From Piromyces finnis finn (lineage: Eukaryota; Fungi; Neocallimastigomycota), in assembly GCA_002104945.1 (NCBI GenBank), contig MCFH01000015.1, positions 248,001-312,000 on the forward strand: a stretch of DNA of 64,000 nt, given 5' to 3'. Position numbers and translations under genes: made by a program. The notes under the pieces were generated by a model. That model was not told where the DNA came from and did not search any database. It saw nothing but the letters and a program-made list of their open reading frames with translations. Position 1 is the first letter of the stretch. Each line of letters begins with the position of its first letter. Shown piece by piece: positions 14,343-30,275 of this stretch.

Positions 14343-16631
14343 ACATTTTACAAAGTTTAAAAAAAAAAAACAATAATATTTAAAATTGCAATTTAATAAA
14401 GACATATAATAAAAAGACACATAACAAAAGCAAAATCGAAAACCAAAACGAAAACTAAAACAAATAAAAAATGTAAAAATATATAATTAACAATTATAAT
14501 TTATTAAAGACATATATAAAAATATAAAAAAAAAACATATTGCAATTTAGTATAAAGACACATTACAAAAAGGAATAATTAAAAATTTCCAAATAATCAA
14601 AAGACACATTACAAAATAATAATAAAAAAAAAAAACGAAAAAAATTCAATCTATCTAAAACATTTTTCAAAATAATAAATATAAGAATAATAGAATTTAT
14701 TAATATTTAGTTAATTTATTTATTTAAACACAATTAAAATAATAAAAGGTTAATGAAAATTGAAAAATTGAATTAACTAAATATAGTATAACATTAAATA
14801 ATATTTACTATGATATTTATTATTAATGTTTTAATATAACAAAAAAAAAATAATTATAATAACATTTATAAATGGGAAAAAAAAAACGAAAAAAAAAACT
14901 AAACATTTATAGAATTGTTATACTTGACTAATAATATTTTGTTTAGATTTTTTTTTTATAATAGAATTAAATTAAACAAATAAAGATTATAATTTATAAA
15001 AAAAAACCCTTTTTTTTTCTTTCTTTTTTATTATTGAAAAACATTTCGTCTTTCTTGTGTTGAATTTATTTTATAATTCATTAATTATTATTCATCTAGA
15101 AGCAAAGGTGTTCATTTACCTTTTTAAAGAAAGGAATGAAAAATGTTTTTGCCTCTCCTTCACTCCTATTTTTAATTTAATATTTGGAGCATGTGAAATA
15201 AAAAAAAAAAAAAAAGAAAATTTTAAAACTGGTAAAAATGAACCAATAATATTAAAAAGTCCTCCATTTTTTTTTTAAACTATGAAAGGAAATGAAAATG
15301 GCATTAATGATAACTAATAAACAAACAAATAACAAATACCATTTATATTTATAAACTTTTTTTTTAAAAGTATATCAAATATCAAATTTCATTATATTCA
15401 TTATTTTAATGATGTGTATATCTTTTTTTTTTTTATAATATTACTATAATTTTTTATATTTTAATTTCTATAAAGGACTTTAATTTTTTTTTTTTTTTTT
15501 TTAAAAAAAAAGCTTCTTGAAAAAAATTAAAATGGATTTTTTTTTGTACCTTCCTTTTATTTTCAATACTTTTTATGTGTAGGAAGATCTTTATAAAAAG
15601 AAAAAAATTAATCACTGGTTCATTTGAATGCCTTTTTTTTTTTTTTTTTTTTACCTTTTGCTTATTATAAAAAATGATTCACTTTTTTTTTTTTTTGGTT
15701 TCATTCATTACCCAATCATGAAAATGAAGATCATTAACAAAATAAATAGGGAAATATCCTTTTTTTTTTAAAGAAAAAACAATATAAATAATAATATTAA
15801 TATTAATAAGAAATATAAATAATATTAAATATCATGATGAAAAAGGATGAAAAAGTATTGTATTAGATTGTATTAGTGTATATTTAAAATTTTTTTTAAT
15901 ACAATAGGGTAAATAACTTTAAAGAAGTATTAAAAAATATTATTATGAATAGATTATTTGTAGATCTTTTACTAAAGGATAAAAAGTTTAATGAATATGG
16001 AATATTTGGTTAACCGCCGATGTGTTAAATACTTTGTCATTTTTTGTAATATGAACAATAGCTTGTACTTGCTTTATTTTACTTTCAATCGTTAGTTAAA
16101 ATACTATGAAAATTTTAAAATTGCTTCTTAATATTATTATAATAAAATTATATCTTTATATTCAAATTTATTATTATAGTAAGATTTGTTTAAACTATAA
16201 ACTTAATACAAACTTTTTTTTAAATACAATAATAAGAGTAGAAAGTTTTTTTTTTTCTTTTTTTTTTTTTTTTTTAAATTGTAATAAATAAAAAATATTA
16301 TTATTATTTACATCTTTTAGAGTTTATGATTAAAACTAATTAAATAGTTAATATATTAATTAAATAATTAGAAATAATAGTATAAGGAAAATATATATAC
16401 TGTTTTTTTTTTATATATTCTATATAATACCAAGATAATCTCAAATTTTAATTTTTTTTTCTTTTTTTACACATTCTTTTTTCCATATATATTTATATAC
16501 ATATTTTTTAGTATTTGAGTAAAAAAAAAAAAAGAATATTTATGCATATATACTAATTATTTTCAATAAAATTAATTTTAATAGACAATTATTCTTTATT
16601 GATAGTATGACTTTTTTTTTTATTTTAGAGT

Positions 16632-18458
16632 TTATTCTTCACATTTAGTTAAATAATTTATAATATTTATGTTACCATATTTATGTGAAATTTTTAAAGG
16701 TGTATCCCCCATTTTATTTTCTTTATTAATTATAGCACCGTGTTCAATTAAAAATTTTATCATATTTATATTTCCAATTTTACAGGCTGCCATTAATGGT
16801 GTTTCATCATTATTATTGGTAATGTTAACATCTGCTCCATATTCCACTAAACATCTTACAATCATTTCATTTCTATTTTTGCAATAATAGATTAAAAGAG
16901 GTTCAGCACCATCACCGATTTTAATGTTATTAATATTGGCTCCATGTTGAATTAAAAATTTTATCATATTAATATTTCTATTTTTACAAAAAAGTACTAA
17001 AGGCGTTTCACCATTCTTACTTTTAATATGAAGATTAGCACCATGGTCAATTAAAAATTTAACCATTGATTCATTCCTTTTTCTACAATAATGAATAAGT
17101 AGTGGTTCATCATCTATTGTAATGGATGGGTTGGCTCCACGATCAATTAAATATTTTACAATATTTTCATTTCCATAGGTGTAGGCAATTTTTAGAGGAG
17201 CATTACCGTGGATTGGATTAACAACTGCATTATTATCCACTAAGCATTTTACAATAAATTCATTTTTTTGTCGACAATAATGGTTTAGGATAGGTTCATT
17301 TCTTAGGACAATATTAATATTTGCACCATGTTCAATTAAATATTTTATTATTGTTTGTTTATCATTAATACAAACAATTTCTAAAGGAGTTCGACCCAAT
17401 TTATCTTTAGCATTAATATCGGCTCCATTTTCAATTAAACATCTAATCATTTGTTCATCACTCTTTTCACAAAAAGAAGTTAAAAGTGTTTTGTTATTCA
17501 TATATCTTTTATTAATGTCAGCACCATTCTCAACTAAATATTTTATAATGGTTTTATGACAACTTTTATTGGCAACTATTAATAATGGTGTTTCTCCCCT
17601 GCAATTCGTTCTATTCACATCTGCTCCATTTTCAACCAAGATCTTTATAATATTTAGTTCTTCCATGGAACATGCAACAATCAAAGGTGTGTCTCCATAA
17701 ATATTTGGTTCATCGACATCTACACCATGTTCAACTAACAACTGAACCATTTTCTCATTTCTTTTGATACAATAATGCATTAAAATGGATTCATTATTCA
17801 TTTTTATATTATTAATATTAGCCCCATGTTTCATGAAGGCTTCAAAAATAGGTTCATATTCATTGCCGTTATAACAATGAACCATTAATTTTTTCAATAT
17901 ATTGACACTGCTATTAACGTCTGCGCCATATTTAATTAACAAATCTATCATTTTTATATTTTTGTCTTTACAAGCAATAGATAAAGCAGTTTCATTTTTT
18001 TTATTTTTAATATTAATATCCGCACCATGTTCAATTAAAACTTTAACCATACTTTCCCTTTTTTTTATACTATAATGAACGAGTAAGGGATTACCATTAA
18101 TATTGACATTTGTTGCAGATCCATGTTCAATGAGATATTTTACAATAGTATCATAATTATTTATACATGCAATATAGGTTGACCTTCCATTAACATCTAT
18201 TCCACGTTCAACTAAATATTGTACTACTTTTGTGTGTCCATGGCTACAAGCAGTATCTAAATAGCCTTCAAAATTTGTATTATTTTTATATTGCCATTGT
18301 ATTTTCTTAGGTTTTGAAAGTATATTATCATTATTAGATAAACATTTTTTATTTTTGTATAAATGAAGAAGATCTATTATTAATTGATTATCAAAAATGC
18401 TATCATCAATTAATTTTAAAAGTATCTTTTTTGAATAGTCATTCAATTTAAAGGCCAT
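16632..18458 (-). CDS. Intronless ankyrin-repeat protein (608 aa)
   Basis: Many ankyrin consensus units, e.g. GETPLLIVANK...IIKYLVENGADIN, GDTPLIVAC and NDETPLMAACKIGNINMIKFLIEHGAIIN. Confidence 0.95.
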   Translation of the reverse strand: MAFKLNDYSKKILLKLIDDSIFDNQLIIDLLHLYKNKKCLSNNDNILSKPKKIQWQYKNNTNFEGYLDTACSHGHTKVVQYLVERGIDVNGRSTYIACINNYDTIVKYLIEHGSATNVNINGNPLLVHYSIKKRESMVKVLIEHGADINIKNKKNETALSIACKDKNIKMIDLLIKYGADVNSSVNILKKLMVHCYNGNEYEPIFEAFMKHGANINNIKMNNESILMHYCIKRNEKMVQLLVEHGVDVDEPNIYGDTPLIVACSMEELNIIKILVENGADVNRTNCRGETPLLIVANKSCHKTIIKYLVENGADINKRYMNNKTLLTSFCEKSDEQMIRCLIENGADINAKDKLGRTPLEIVCINDKQTIIKYLIEHGANINIVLRNEPILNHYCRQKNEFIVKCLVDNNAVVNPIHGNAPLKIAYTYGNENIVKYLIDRGANPSITIDDEPLLIHYCRKRNESMVKFLIDHGANLHIKSKNGETPLVLFCKNRNINMIKFLIQHGANINNIKIGDGAEPLLIYYCKNRNEMIVRCLVEYGADVNITNNNDETPLMAACKIGNINMIKFLIEHGAIINKENKMGDTPLKISHKYGNINIINYLTKCEE

Positions 18459-19425
18459 TTTTTATAAAATAGAATTTTTTTTTTATTGTAATACCTTATA
18501 TAAAAAAAAAAAGTTATATAAAAGACTTTATATGAAAATCAAATATCTAATATTTCACATTCGAACATTAATTAAAACTTTAAAAAGTTTATTTTAAATG
18601 AATTTCTTTTCAAGATATATTAATGAAACTATAGTACATTTCAACATTAAGAAAAAGATATTGTTTTTTTATTTTAAATGGATATTAATACTATTTTATA
18701 TTATATCATTTATTGAGATATAAAAAGATTAAAATAATTAAATTCCTTTCTTTCTTTCTTTCTTTTTTTTTTTTTTACTACATATATATTTATTAAATCA
18801 AGAAAAAAAAATTGTTATGAAATACAAGGTTATCAACATAAAATGTAGTACTTTTTAAAATAATCTCAATAGATAAAAGTCATATAATATTTAATCAAAA
18901 AGTGTGAATATAAAAAATTCAATTTGATAAAGAAAAAAATGTTTAATTTAAAATATATATATATATATAAAGTTAACATTACTTCATTCTCTAACTTTAA
19001 TTACCAAAGAAGATCTTTTTATTCCTATTATCATTATTTACAAAAAATTTTCTAGTATGAAATCTGGTTAGGATCAATTTTGTCTGACTAAAAAGTCTGG
19101 TTAAAATCCAAAAAAAAACTAGGATAAATATTAATTCATCTATTTTTTATCCATAATTAAAACACAACTTTTTTAATTAATTATTTCTTTTTTTAAAAAA
19201 GGTATAATAAATTAATTTTTAAAAAATTAATTTAATCTATTTTAGATATTATTAGTTGTATAGTGTCTATTCCCAAAGACGATATTTGGAATCTGTGATT
19301 TACCTTTTCAACAATAACAATGATGACATTTGATTATAGGATTAAACGTTAGAAGCAAACAAATAATTAATCAAACACAATATAAACTAAATATATAACA
19401 AATTTAGATTTTATTTGGTGTAATA

Positions 19426-19457
<32 letters not shown>

Positions 19458-19626
19458 TTAATTCTTAATATATACATGATTATTTGTATCATAAAAAAAT
19501 AACAACATTTATATTACATATTTTAATATAGATATATATATATATATAACCATTTATAACATTATGTATATTTTTATATATATATAATAATTTATAATAT
19601 TATATATATTTTAAATTAAAATAATA

Positions 19627-19658
<32 letters not shown>

Positions 19659-19880
19659 TTTTTTTTGTTATAATATTAAATATAATAAAGTGTATATATA
19701 TATATATTTTGGTTGAAATAGATACTATGATACTATATACTATAATACTGTGTATTACTTTTTTCCCCTCTTTTTTTTTTTTTTTTTATTAATATATTCT
19801 AATACAATGATAATAATCCTATTGAGAATTGTATCATCATTTTCAATAGAATATATTATATTGGTTAACTATTAATTATA

Positions 19881-20972
19881 TCAAATATATCTTGCCAGTG
19901 TAATAGAATATTCTTGTTGTTTTTGAATTTCTATAATCTTTTTAATTTCTTGATTATATGAGTACATTACAAGATAAAAATAAAACTAGATATAATTTTT
20001 TTTTGTAAAGTAATACATTGTTAATATTCATATTCGAAAAATAGAGCATAAAAAATATTTATAAAATTCCACTTACATATAATGCTAACATAAATAAAGC
20101 AATTGTTGTATATGAACATTGATATATTTTTATATAATTTTCCTTTGTATCTTGTGCTAGTACTTTTCCTTTTAATAATTCATTTATTCCACTATTAATT
20201 ATATCATAACTTTCCTTTTTAAATACAAATATAATATGTTGTATTGCATTATAAATCGAAAATATCAAGTAAATAAAATAAATGTACTGACATTGTTTTA
20301 ATAAAAATAGTTTATTCTATTATATTGGGATAGAGTATGTAAAAATGGTTTTTAATTATTATTATTTTATTAGATAGAAAAATAAAATAAAATAAAAAAA
20401 AAAAAAATATTAATGATTTCAATATGATATTTAAAAGTTTTCTATGAATGTACTTTTTTTAATTTTATATAAAAACAGTATAATTCTTTGGATTATATTG
20501 TTTTTTAATACTAAAAATTTTGTATGAATACAACAATATATATATTTTACTAAAGATATATAGATAATATTGGTATCATGTCAAAAAATTACCTTAATGG
20601 TGCCAATTAAGAATATTATTAGTGATATTACAACTATTAAATATGCAGTCGTTGTTATGAAGGATATTTCTTCATATGTCAAATAGGAATGACATATACT
20701 TAGAATCAAATACCAAGTCTATAAAAAATTCATTTTTTTTTCATAATAATAAGGTGGTATTAAGTTATTTGAAATCATTTAACTTATATCCAACTATTAA
20801 AAAAAAAAAAAAAAAAAAATTTAAATTAAAAAAAACTTACAATTAAAGCTATAGAAAATATTCTAACAGCATATTTTAAATTAATAGTATAACAACAGCA
20901 ACAACATTTGCTAACTGTTGGTAATGAAAATTTTCTTTTTTCATCTTCTTGGATAGAGATAGAGTAATTCAT
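19881..20972 (-). pseudogene. Multi-pass membrane protein family, paralog 1; 4 exons, apparent +1 frameshift
   Basis: Exon 1 MNYSISIQEDEKRKFSLPTVSKCCCCCYTINLKYAVRIFSIALI|gtaagt. Exon 2 (20718-20593) TWYLILSICHSYL...IIFLIGTIK. Exon 3 NKLFLLK, then an extra A at about 20296-20300, then QCQYIYFIYLIFS...ALFMLALY|gtaagt. Exon 4 FYFYLVMYSYNQEIKK...ARYI*. Confidence 0.65.
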
Positions 20973-22646
20973 TTTCAATTTTCAATTGATATAAAAAATT
21001 TAAAATTAAACTGAAATGTTCAACTTTTTTTTTTGAAATATAAATCAATTTCTAAATAATATATTTCCTATATAATTCAATTAATTTATAATTTTCTCTT
21101 CTCTTTCGTATTATTTCTTTTTTAATTTTAAATTACTTTTTACATTTTATTTTTTTTTTTTTTTATTTTTTATTTTTCTATCATTACTCATCCTTTTTTT
21201 TATTTTTACTTTTAAAAAAAGGAAAAATATTAAAATTTAAAATTTTCCTTTTTTTTTTTATAAAAAAATTGAAAATACTTACTATAGTTATGTGCCACAA
21301 ATTTAAAAATAATTTCTATTAAATTAAAAAATAATAAAAAGATTATGAGTTCTAAAGCCACTAAATAAAGTCGATTGTAATATTTTTAAATTAAAAAGTT
21401 TCCATTGAAATGAATATATTGTAATAAATGTTAAAATATAATAACTTTAAATTAAAAATTTTGTTGTGTGATTAGTGCAACAATGAAGAATGAAGGAAAT
21501 AGCCAAAACTTTCTTTGGTATTGTTCAAAAAGTATCATTTTATAAAGTAAAAAAAAAAAAAGAGAGAGAGAATTAGTTTAGAAATTGAATAAAATGATAA
21601 AAAAAGACCAATTAAATAAACGACCATTTCTAATTAATAAAAATTAATCTTTTTTTTTTTATATATATTTAAATCTAAAAAAAAAAAAATATTTTTCTTT
21701 CAAATTTTTAAATTAATTTTTTTTAATTAATTTTTTAGGTGACACAAATTTTGATGATATAAAAAAGTTTAATAAATATAAAAATAGACAACAATATTAA
21801 TATTTCATTTTTTAGCCCATCCATTTGAATGAATCATAAAAGCATCCAACACATCATGAAAGGAATAGATATTCTTTTTTGTTATGAAGAAAGAGGTAAT
21901 ATTTTTTCAATGATACCGCAACAACAACAACAACAGCAATAACAACAACAACAATAACAACAACTATATCTTTATAATTTTTTATATTATAAAAAATAAT
22001 AATAAAAAAAACAGGAATTATTATTTAACTTTTTATTATAATAAAAAATTAAAAAAAAAAAAATTGTGGATGTTTAGGGTTATCATGGTCTTAATGACCA
22101 TATGGAATTTTGTACGACTTTTCTTTACATTATTGCATTTATTCATATATGAAAATAACAACAACAAACAGCACTAACAACAATCATTATCATGACTAAT
22201 AATAAAGATATAAATTAAAAAAATAAACTTTGTAAATTAAAATAACATTTTTTATAATTAATCAATATATATGTCAGTGTATTGATATATATGAATGTAT
22301 GTATGTGTGTATGTATGTATAGAAAATGGTTTAATAAAAGGGATACTTTTTTTTAAAATAATAATGAAAAAGAAATAGAAAGCAAAATAAAAGTAATAAT
22401 ACATATCGTATTATATCGTATTATATTATATTATATTATTATAAATATATTTTTATTTATTTATTTAAATACTATAAAAAAAATAATGCTTAATTCTTCT
22501 ATTTTGTTATAATATATTTGTTTTTTTTTTTATTTATTTATATCTAATAAAATAATTGCTTTTGAATGTAAAAAATGATAATTATGCTAATAGGAAAAGG
22601 ATAATTCATTCATTAATTATTATTTGATTTTTTTTTTTTAATGTTT

Positions 22647-22826
22647 TTATTTTTTCTTTTCAATTTTTAGAATTTGTCCTATATAAACTTCATGAAATTC
22701 ATCTAATGGTATATTTTTCTTTATTAATTCTTTATGAAGTTCATCTGGTCCTCTTTCAATTTCATCTACACCAAGATTCTCTAGTGTACCTATTTTTTAT
22801 AAATAATAATAATAATAATAATAATA

Positions 22827-22884
<58 letters not shown>

Positions 22885-25307
22885 TGATAGATATACCAAT
22901 ATAGTTAATATGAATATTCTTTTTTGATTAGAGAATAATTATTGTGCAAATACATATAAATCTATATAAAAAATATATTATTATGTATAGTATTATAATT
23001 TTTTTTATTACCCCAATGCATAAGAATAGAATGTTTAGATTTACAATCAGTATGTAAATTAACGGCATCCTATTTAAATTAGTTCATGTAAAAAATTTAT
23101 AAAATTAATATATAATAGGAAAAAAGAAAATTACTATTATGATCCTACTAGATATTTAATATATTAATTTACTTACATTTGCATTTGTATGAATTCTACT
23201 CATTCGGTTTACTGGTGTAAATGGACCAATTGGTATGGATGCCATATCAAATGGACCATAAATATTTCCAATTTGTTTGAAAACCGGACAATAAGGATAT
23301 TTTTCAATATCTTCTTTAGGACAATCATCTGGTAATGAGCGATAACCTGTATCCCTATTATTATTTCGGAATAATTAAAAATTTATTTTGGAAATAGATA
23401 AAAATCATTTTGGAGTTGTTATTAAAAATTTTATTTTGGAAATAGAAAAAAATTATTTTAGAATGATTATTCATTACTATTATTTATTTATATTTTGAAG
23501 GAGTGATTTTTTTTTAAAAAAAGAAAATAATATGTAATATTGAATTTATTTACCCAGCAAAATAATAGGATGCCTCCTGACTTTTAACAACCCAACCTGC
23601 CCATAATGTTTCATTAAAATCAAACCCAGTACGACCACTAAAATGTTGTGAAGGTACTGCTGAAATAATAATTTTTCTATTAGAAGGTGAGGTTAAACTC
23701 TCTTGAAGTGCTTTTTCATCATTGACATCAATGGATTCTGGTATACGAGTAACTTCTATATCATCCCACCAATCACACTCAATAATTTGATTTTCAGGTA
23801 TCCCAAGGCTTAAGAACATAGGTTTTAAATCCAACGGACATAATACTTTTGCCTTTTTATTTTTTTCTTCGGCATAAATTTCTTGGATGGTCCATTTATC
23901 TAAATGGTCATAACTAGATGTAAAATAGGGATAGGATTTTTTTTTTTTAAAAAAAAAAATTAAAAGAAATATAATGCATTAATACCTTTTTTTTTTTAAT
24001 ATATATACATTTTTTAATTCTTATTTATAATAGCTTACTGATTATGACTTAGTATAACAAAATCAATAGGTGGTAATTGGGAAAATTTTTGAAAACCTCT
24101 ATTTCTACAACGATAAGGTCCAATGAAATTTAATGGTGAAGCTCTATACAAAAAAATAAAGAATTATATATAAAAAAAATAATGAAAAATATGTGTAATA
24201 TATGTATATATATATACATATCATATAGTGAATATATATAATATTAGCAATTATACAACTATTTATATACAATTTTATTACCTTTTTGATAGCATTGGAT
24301 CAAATAAAATGGTAAAGGAATTAACTATACGATTAATTTTTTTTTTTTTTTTAAAAAAAAATAGTTTAATATTAATATTCCAAATAAATAAAAAAAAAAA
24401 AGTTAAAGGATATTAATAATGAGTATATTTTAAAAAAAAATACATAGTTAAAAAAATAGATTATCGTATTACTTTGTAATAAAAAGGCTGCATGACCTAA
24501 CCATATTAATTGCATTGCTATATTCTTATCATCATTATGATAGTTATTAATGGCTTCAAAATCAAGGTCGACTTTTAATTGTTGATTTTTTTCTCTTCCA
24601 AAGATAGAAGAAGTAAAGTAACCATATATTCTTCTAGCAAGTAAACCTTTATAGGTAGATTTTCTCCATGTTGCTGAAGGCCACTTTTTTTAAATAGAGT
24701 TATATATATATTTTAATAAAAGAAAATAGTACCAATATTAATTATTGTGCTATGTAGTTTTATAATAAATTTGTTTTTTGATATTCTGTTATTATTATAA
24801 TTATCACCACTACTATTTTATTATATATAATTTTTTCTTTTTATATACTATATTTTATTATAAAAACTCTTTATTTTTTTTTTTCCTTTTACATCCAACT
24901 AATTTTAAATTACTAATATAAGAATGCATATATATATTGGCAACAAGTCTATATTATTGTTTGAGTATTGCTGAAGAATGAAAAATTATATTTTTATTAT
25001 TTTTATTATTTTGTTATCTATTAAATTAGATTTCAAAATTAGATTTCATTAAAATTTTCATAATTTCAGAAATTTATAATTTTAAAAAATTTTAACAAAC
25101 ATTTATATTTAAATTTATTTCTTTCATTGTAATATTAGTATTCAAACATTTATTATCCTTATTTATTATGGAATATATATGTATAGTTTATTTAACCATT
25201 TCACCTACAGGATTTTTATAAATTTTCCCTTCTTTAACGGAAGGACAACAAGTTTCGGGATTTTTTTCTCTTTCAGGCAATTTCCTTGTATAATTCATCT
25301 TTTTCAT
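22647..25307 (-). CDS. NAPEPLD: N-acyl-phosphatidylethanolamine-hydrolysing phospholipase D (metallo-beta-lactamase fold); multi-exon
   Basis: Exons encode LIWLGHAAFLLQ, LSHNH|YDHLDKWTIQE, IIECDWWD, PSQHFSGRTGFDFNETLWAGW, YYFAGDTGY, GPFDMASIPIG and SILMHWGT. The 5' exons (ATG at 25307) are less certain. Confidence 0.88.
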
Positions 25308-25576
25308 TATTAAAAATATAAATTATGTATATATTATTAAAACATATATTTAGATATACATAAAAATAAAGGAATAATAATTTTTTTTTTTTTTTTTTTT
25401 GAAATGTCATTTGTAAAGGATATACCTTTTTAAATGGATAGAATGTATTTTTTATTCTTTTATTATTTAAATATATATTTAATTCTAAAATATTTAAAAT
25501 ATTGAAATTGCTTAATAATAGATAATATTTATTTTTTACCAGTTAATAATCCTTTTTATTGTTATTATTATTAGTT

Positions 25577-25613
<37 letters not shown>

Positions 25614-26425
25614 AAAACAATGGAGATAACAAATATTAAACTTTTTTTTTTTTTTTTTTCATTTTTTATTTTATTTTGGATTGCCTTTTTTTAATAATTT
25701 TAAAAATTTTAAAATTATATTAATTTTTTTTTTCTTTAAAATAGCCTGATTTTCAAACATAATGAAAATAACATTTTAGGCGAAAGATTATATATAAAAA
25801 GATTATACATTTTCCATCTTATTTTATTAATATATATTTTAATAAATAACTATTATGAAAAGGAAAATTTAAAGAGTTCACCTTTATATTAATAATAATG
25901 AAAAAAGGGATGTTAAAAAAAAAAAAATACATATATTATCTTTTGACAACAACAATATGACATACGAAGTTTAAAAATTTTAAAATCTTAACAAGTTAAT
26001 TTTATAAAAACACTCCACCACCACCATCACTTCTAAATGACATATTATCTTTGAAAAATTTACTGTTTTTTTTTTTTTTTTTTATTACAGTTACCCATTA
26101 TTAATTATGGTATGGTGTGGTAATAATGTATATTTTATATATTTTAAATTTATACCTTTACAACTTATTATTATTGACAACATACAGTACACAAAATGAA
26201 TGTTTTTTTTTGAGTGTTTTTTAATAATCAAAAAAAAAAAAAAAAAATTAAACTATATATTGATTTATATTTATATTATATTTAAGATGTTGTATTTATT
26301 TTATTAATAATTATAAAAAGATATATATAAATATATATATACCTATATTATTTTTTTTTCTTTATTTTTACCTTTAAAAAACAGAGATAAATAAATTAAA
26401 AATATGTTTATATTTAATATATTTT

Positions 26426-26469
<44 letters not shown>

Positions 26470-26937
26470 AGGATAAAAAAAGGAATATGATATTAAATAC
26501 GTATTAATGATTCTATTAAATCTATATATCTATTCTATAGGTAAATCATATTTCTTTTTTATCAAATATATTATATATATTGTTTGAATACTTTTACATA
26601 TTTATAATAACTACCTTTTATATATATATTAAAAGTATTTTTCGTTTTTTTTTCTCGAAATATTTTGTTAACATATTTAATTTATATTGAATATAATTAT
26701 TTTTTTTTTTGTTTTATTGTTGGGTGTAAACTATTTCAATAAGTTTCATATGATTTTAATTTTTTTTTTTTTGTTTGTTTGTTAAACTCAATTTTTTTAA
26801 GTATTAACTACTTCATTAGAGTTTTTACTTGTATTATTTATTCAATTTATTCATTGTTATTTTTTTTTTTTTTTTTTTGTTTTCTAATATTAATATATTA
26901 ATAATACTGTTGTTTTTAGTTTTTTTTTTTTATTTAT

Positions 26938-28150
<1,213 letters not shown>

Positions 28151-28994
28151 TTTAAAGTATTGTTATTATATTATTAATTATTTTTTAATTTTTATTTTTA
28201 TTTTTTTCTTTTTATTTTTATCTACAATTATTTAGTTTTTATTATATTATTAAAAAGAAAAAGCATTATTTTCTTTTATCGCTCTTTTTTTCTTAACTCT
28301 TTTCCTTTTCCTTTTCCTTTTTTTTTTTTTTTTAAAAAGAAAAAAGTTTCTTTAAAAAAATTTTTTTATTAATATTCTTTATTTTAAAATAAAACGCCAC
28401 AAATCTTAACTTTTATAAATTAAAGTTTAATATAATAATTAATTTTATGTTGAAAAAGCCATAAAAAGAAATTAATCAAAAAAATTAATCATCATTTGAT
28501 TTTCCAAATTTTTTTTTTTTTTCAACATTCTAAATAGTTAAATAACAACAAAACTTTAAAATATCAATTATAAAGTCTGAATACATTATTCTTTACTTTT
28601 ATTATTTCTTTTTTTTTTATTTTTTTATTTTACTTTATTTTTTTTTATTTTACCCAAAAAGTCTTTAAGTCAATAATTATAAATATGGATTTTTATTTTT
28701 TTTTTTTAAATTAATTAATTAATTTTATGTTACACGAATCTAAGGATATAAAAATCCTAATAATTAATAAAAAGAAATAAGATTTAAAATTAAAGTTTAT
28801 CCTATAAAATTCTAGGTAGTACAAACTTAATCTGGTGAGTTTTTAGTAAAGAAGAAAAATAAAAAAAAATGACCAGAATCTTGGTTATAAAAAAAAAAGT
28901 GTGCCTAAATTACAATACAATTATATTCTTTTATTGTTATATATATGTTAAAAAATATAAATAAATATCTTAAAATGTAAGATAACAAAATATA

Positions 28995-29206
28995 ATGATG
29001 GTAGTATACTCTGGTGATATACATATTATAGGACAAAGAGGAGATATAGATGTAACTTTAATTGGAAAAAAAAGGAGAAGAACTAAGCATTAAAAACTTG
29101 GAAGATATTAAAAAACATTAAGGATGATAAGTGGTGTAGTACTAGAATTCATTTTCTCTTTTTCAAGGATTCTGATTCTGATTCTGAATTAATGTATTTA
29201 TCGTAA
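28995..29206 (+). pseudogene. Possible decayed coding fragment, unidentified
   Basis: Reads MMVVYSGDIHIIGQRGDIDVTLIGKK/GEELSIKNLEDIK/NIKDDKWCSTRIHFLFFKDSDSDSELMYLS* only if one A is removed from each of two A-runs. Richer in G than its flanks. Confidence 0.3.
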
Positions 29207-29572
29207 TAAAACAATAAAATGTAGTTTCAAAAATCGTTTTATTTTTGATAATGTCAAAATTATTTGTTTACTCTTTAAATCGCAATATTTCAAGAACCAT
29301 TTTTTTTTTTAATTCCAAGAGAACAAAATATATGTAAAGTAGTAAAAAAAAAAAAATATTAATCTTGTTGTAGTGTATAATAAAAAATGAAAATTTAACT
29401 TATCAATGTCATAATTTTACAATGCCAATAGAGAAAAAAAAAAAAAAAAAGATTTTAATGGTTTATAATTTAATATTTTTTTTTTTTTTTTATTTTTTAA
29501 ATTCTTTATTATCTCAAGATGATTAGAATATTTCACAATAAGATTTATATTCTATCTTCATTGAGAGATGGT

Positions 29573-29615
<43 letters not shown>

Positions 29616-29639
29616 GTTAAAACTTAATTTAATTCTTTC

Positions 29640-29670
<31 letters not shown>

Positions 29671-30275
29671 GTATTATTTCAATAATACTTTTATTTGCTT
29701 TATTCAAACTTTTGATTTTAAGTTTATAAACTAAAAAATTATGATAGTAAAAGTTTTTTTTTTAATTATTCTAAAAAACATATGATATATATAACTTTTT
29801 ACATGCTTGAATTCAGCCTATATCTATAATTTATTGTTATTGAAATAATACGTGTTTTTTTTTTTTTTTTTTTTTTTTTTTCTTTATATATAAGAAAGAT
29901 TAAAACTGGCAAAAAAAAAAAAAAAAAAAAACCATTTAAAAAATTCCTTATAGGCATGCATATATATATTAAAATTAAAATATATATATTTCAATTTATT
30001 CTTTTTTTTCAATTTTTTGTTGTTATTATTATTATATATATATATATATATTTTTTTTTGGTATTTTTTTATTAAATAAGGATAATAAGGAAATTCAATG
30101 CATATATACAATTTTTTATTATTAAAATAGTAAAATATTGAAATCTTGATGTTAATGCTTATTTAAATAAAAGAAAAAGTGTATTTTTTTCTTCATTTTA
30201 TTTATCTATATCATTTTATTCATTTATTTATTGGTGCAGTAAACTTTTTTTTTTTTAATATAATTTTACTATTGA

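Noticed and set aside
11983-16291. Short Phe/Ile/Lys-rich ORFs (11983, 15057, 16106; similarly 24228, 29884, 32079, 41825, 49600, 52259, 60114)
   Set aside because: Chance ORFs in poly-A/T intergenic DNA.
21480-22160. Short hydrophobic or coding-like patches, e.g. LWMFRVIMVLMTIWNFVRLFLYIIAFIHI on the + strand
   Set aside because: Isolated, with stops in all longer frames and no recognisable family.
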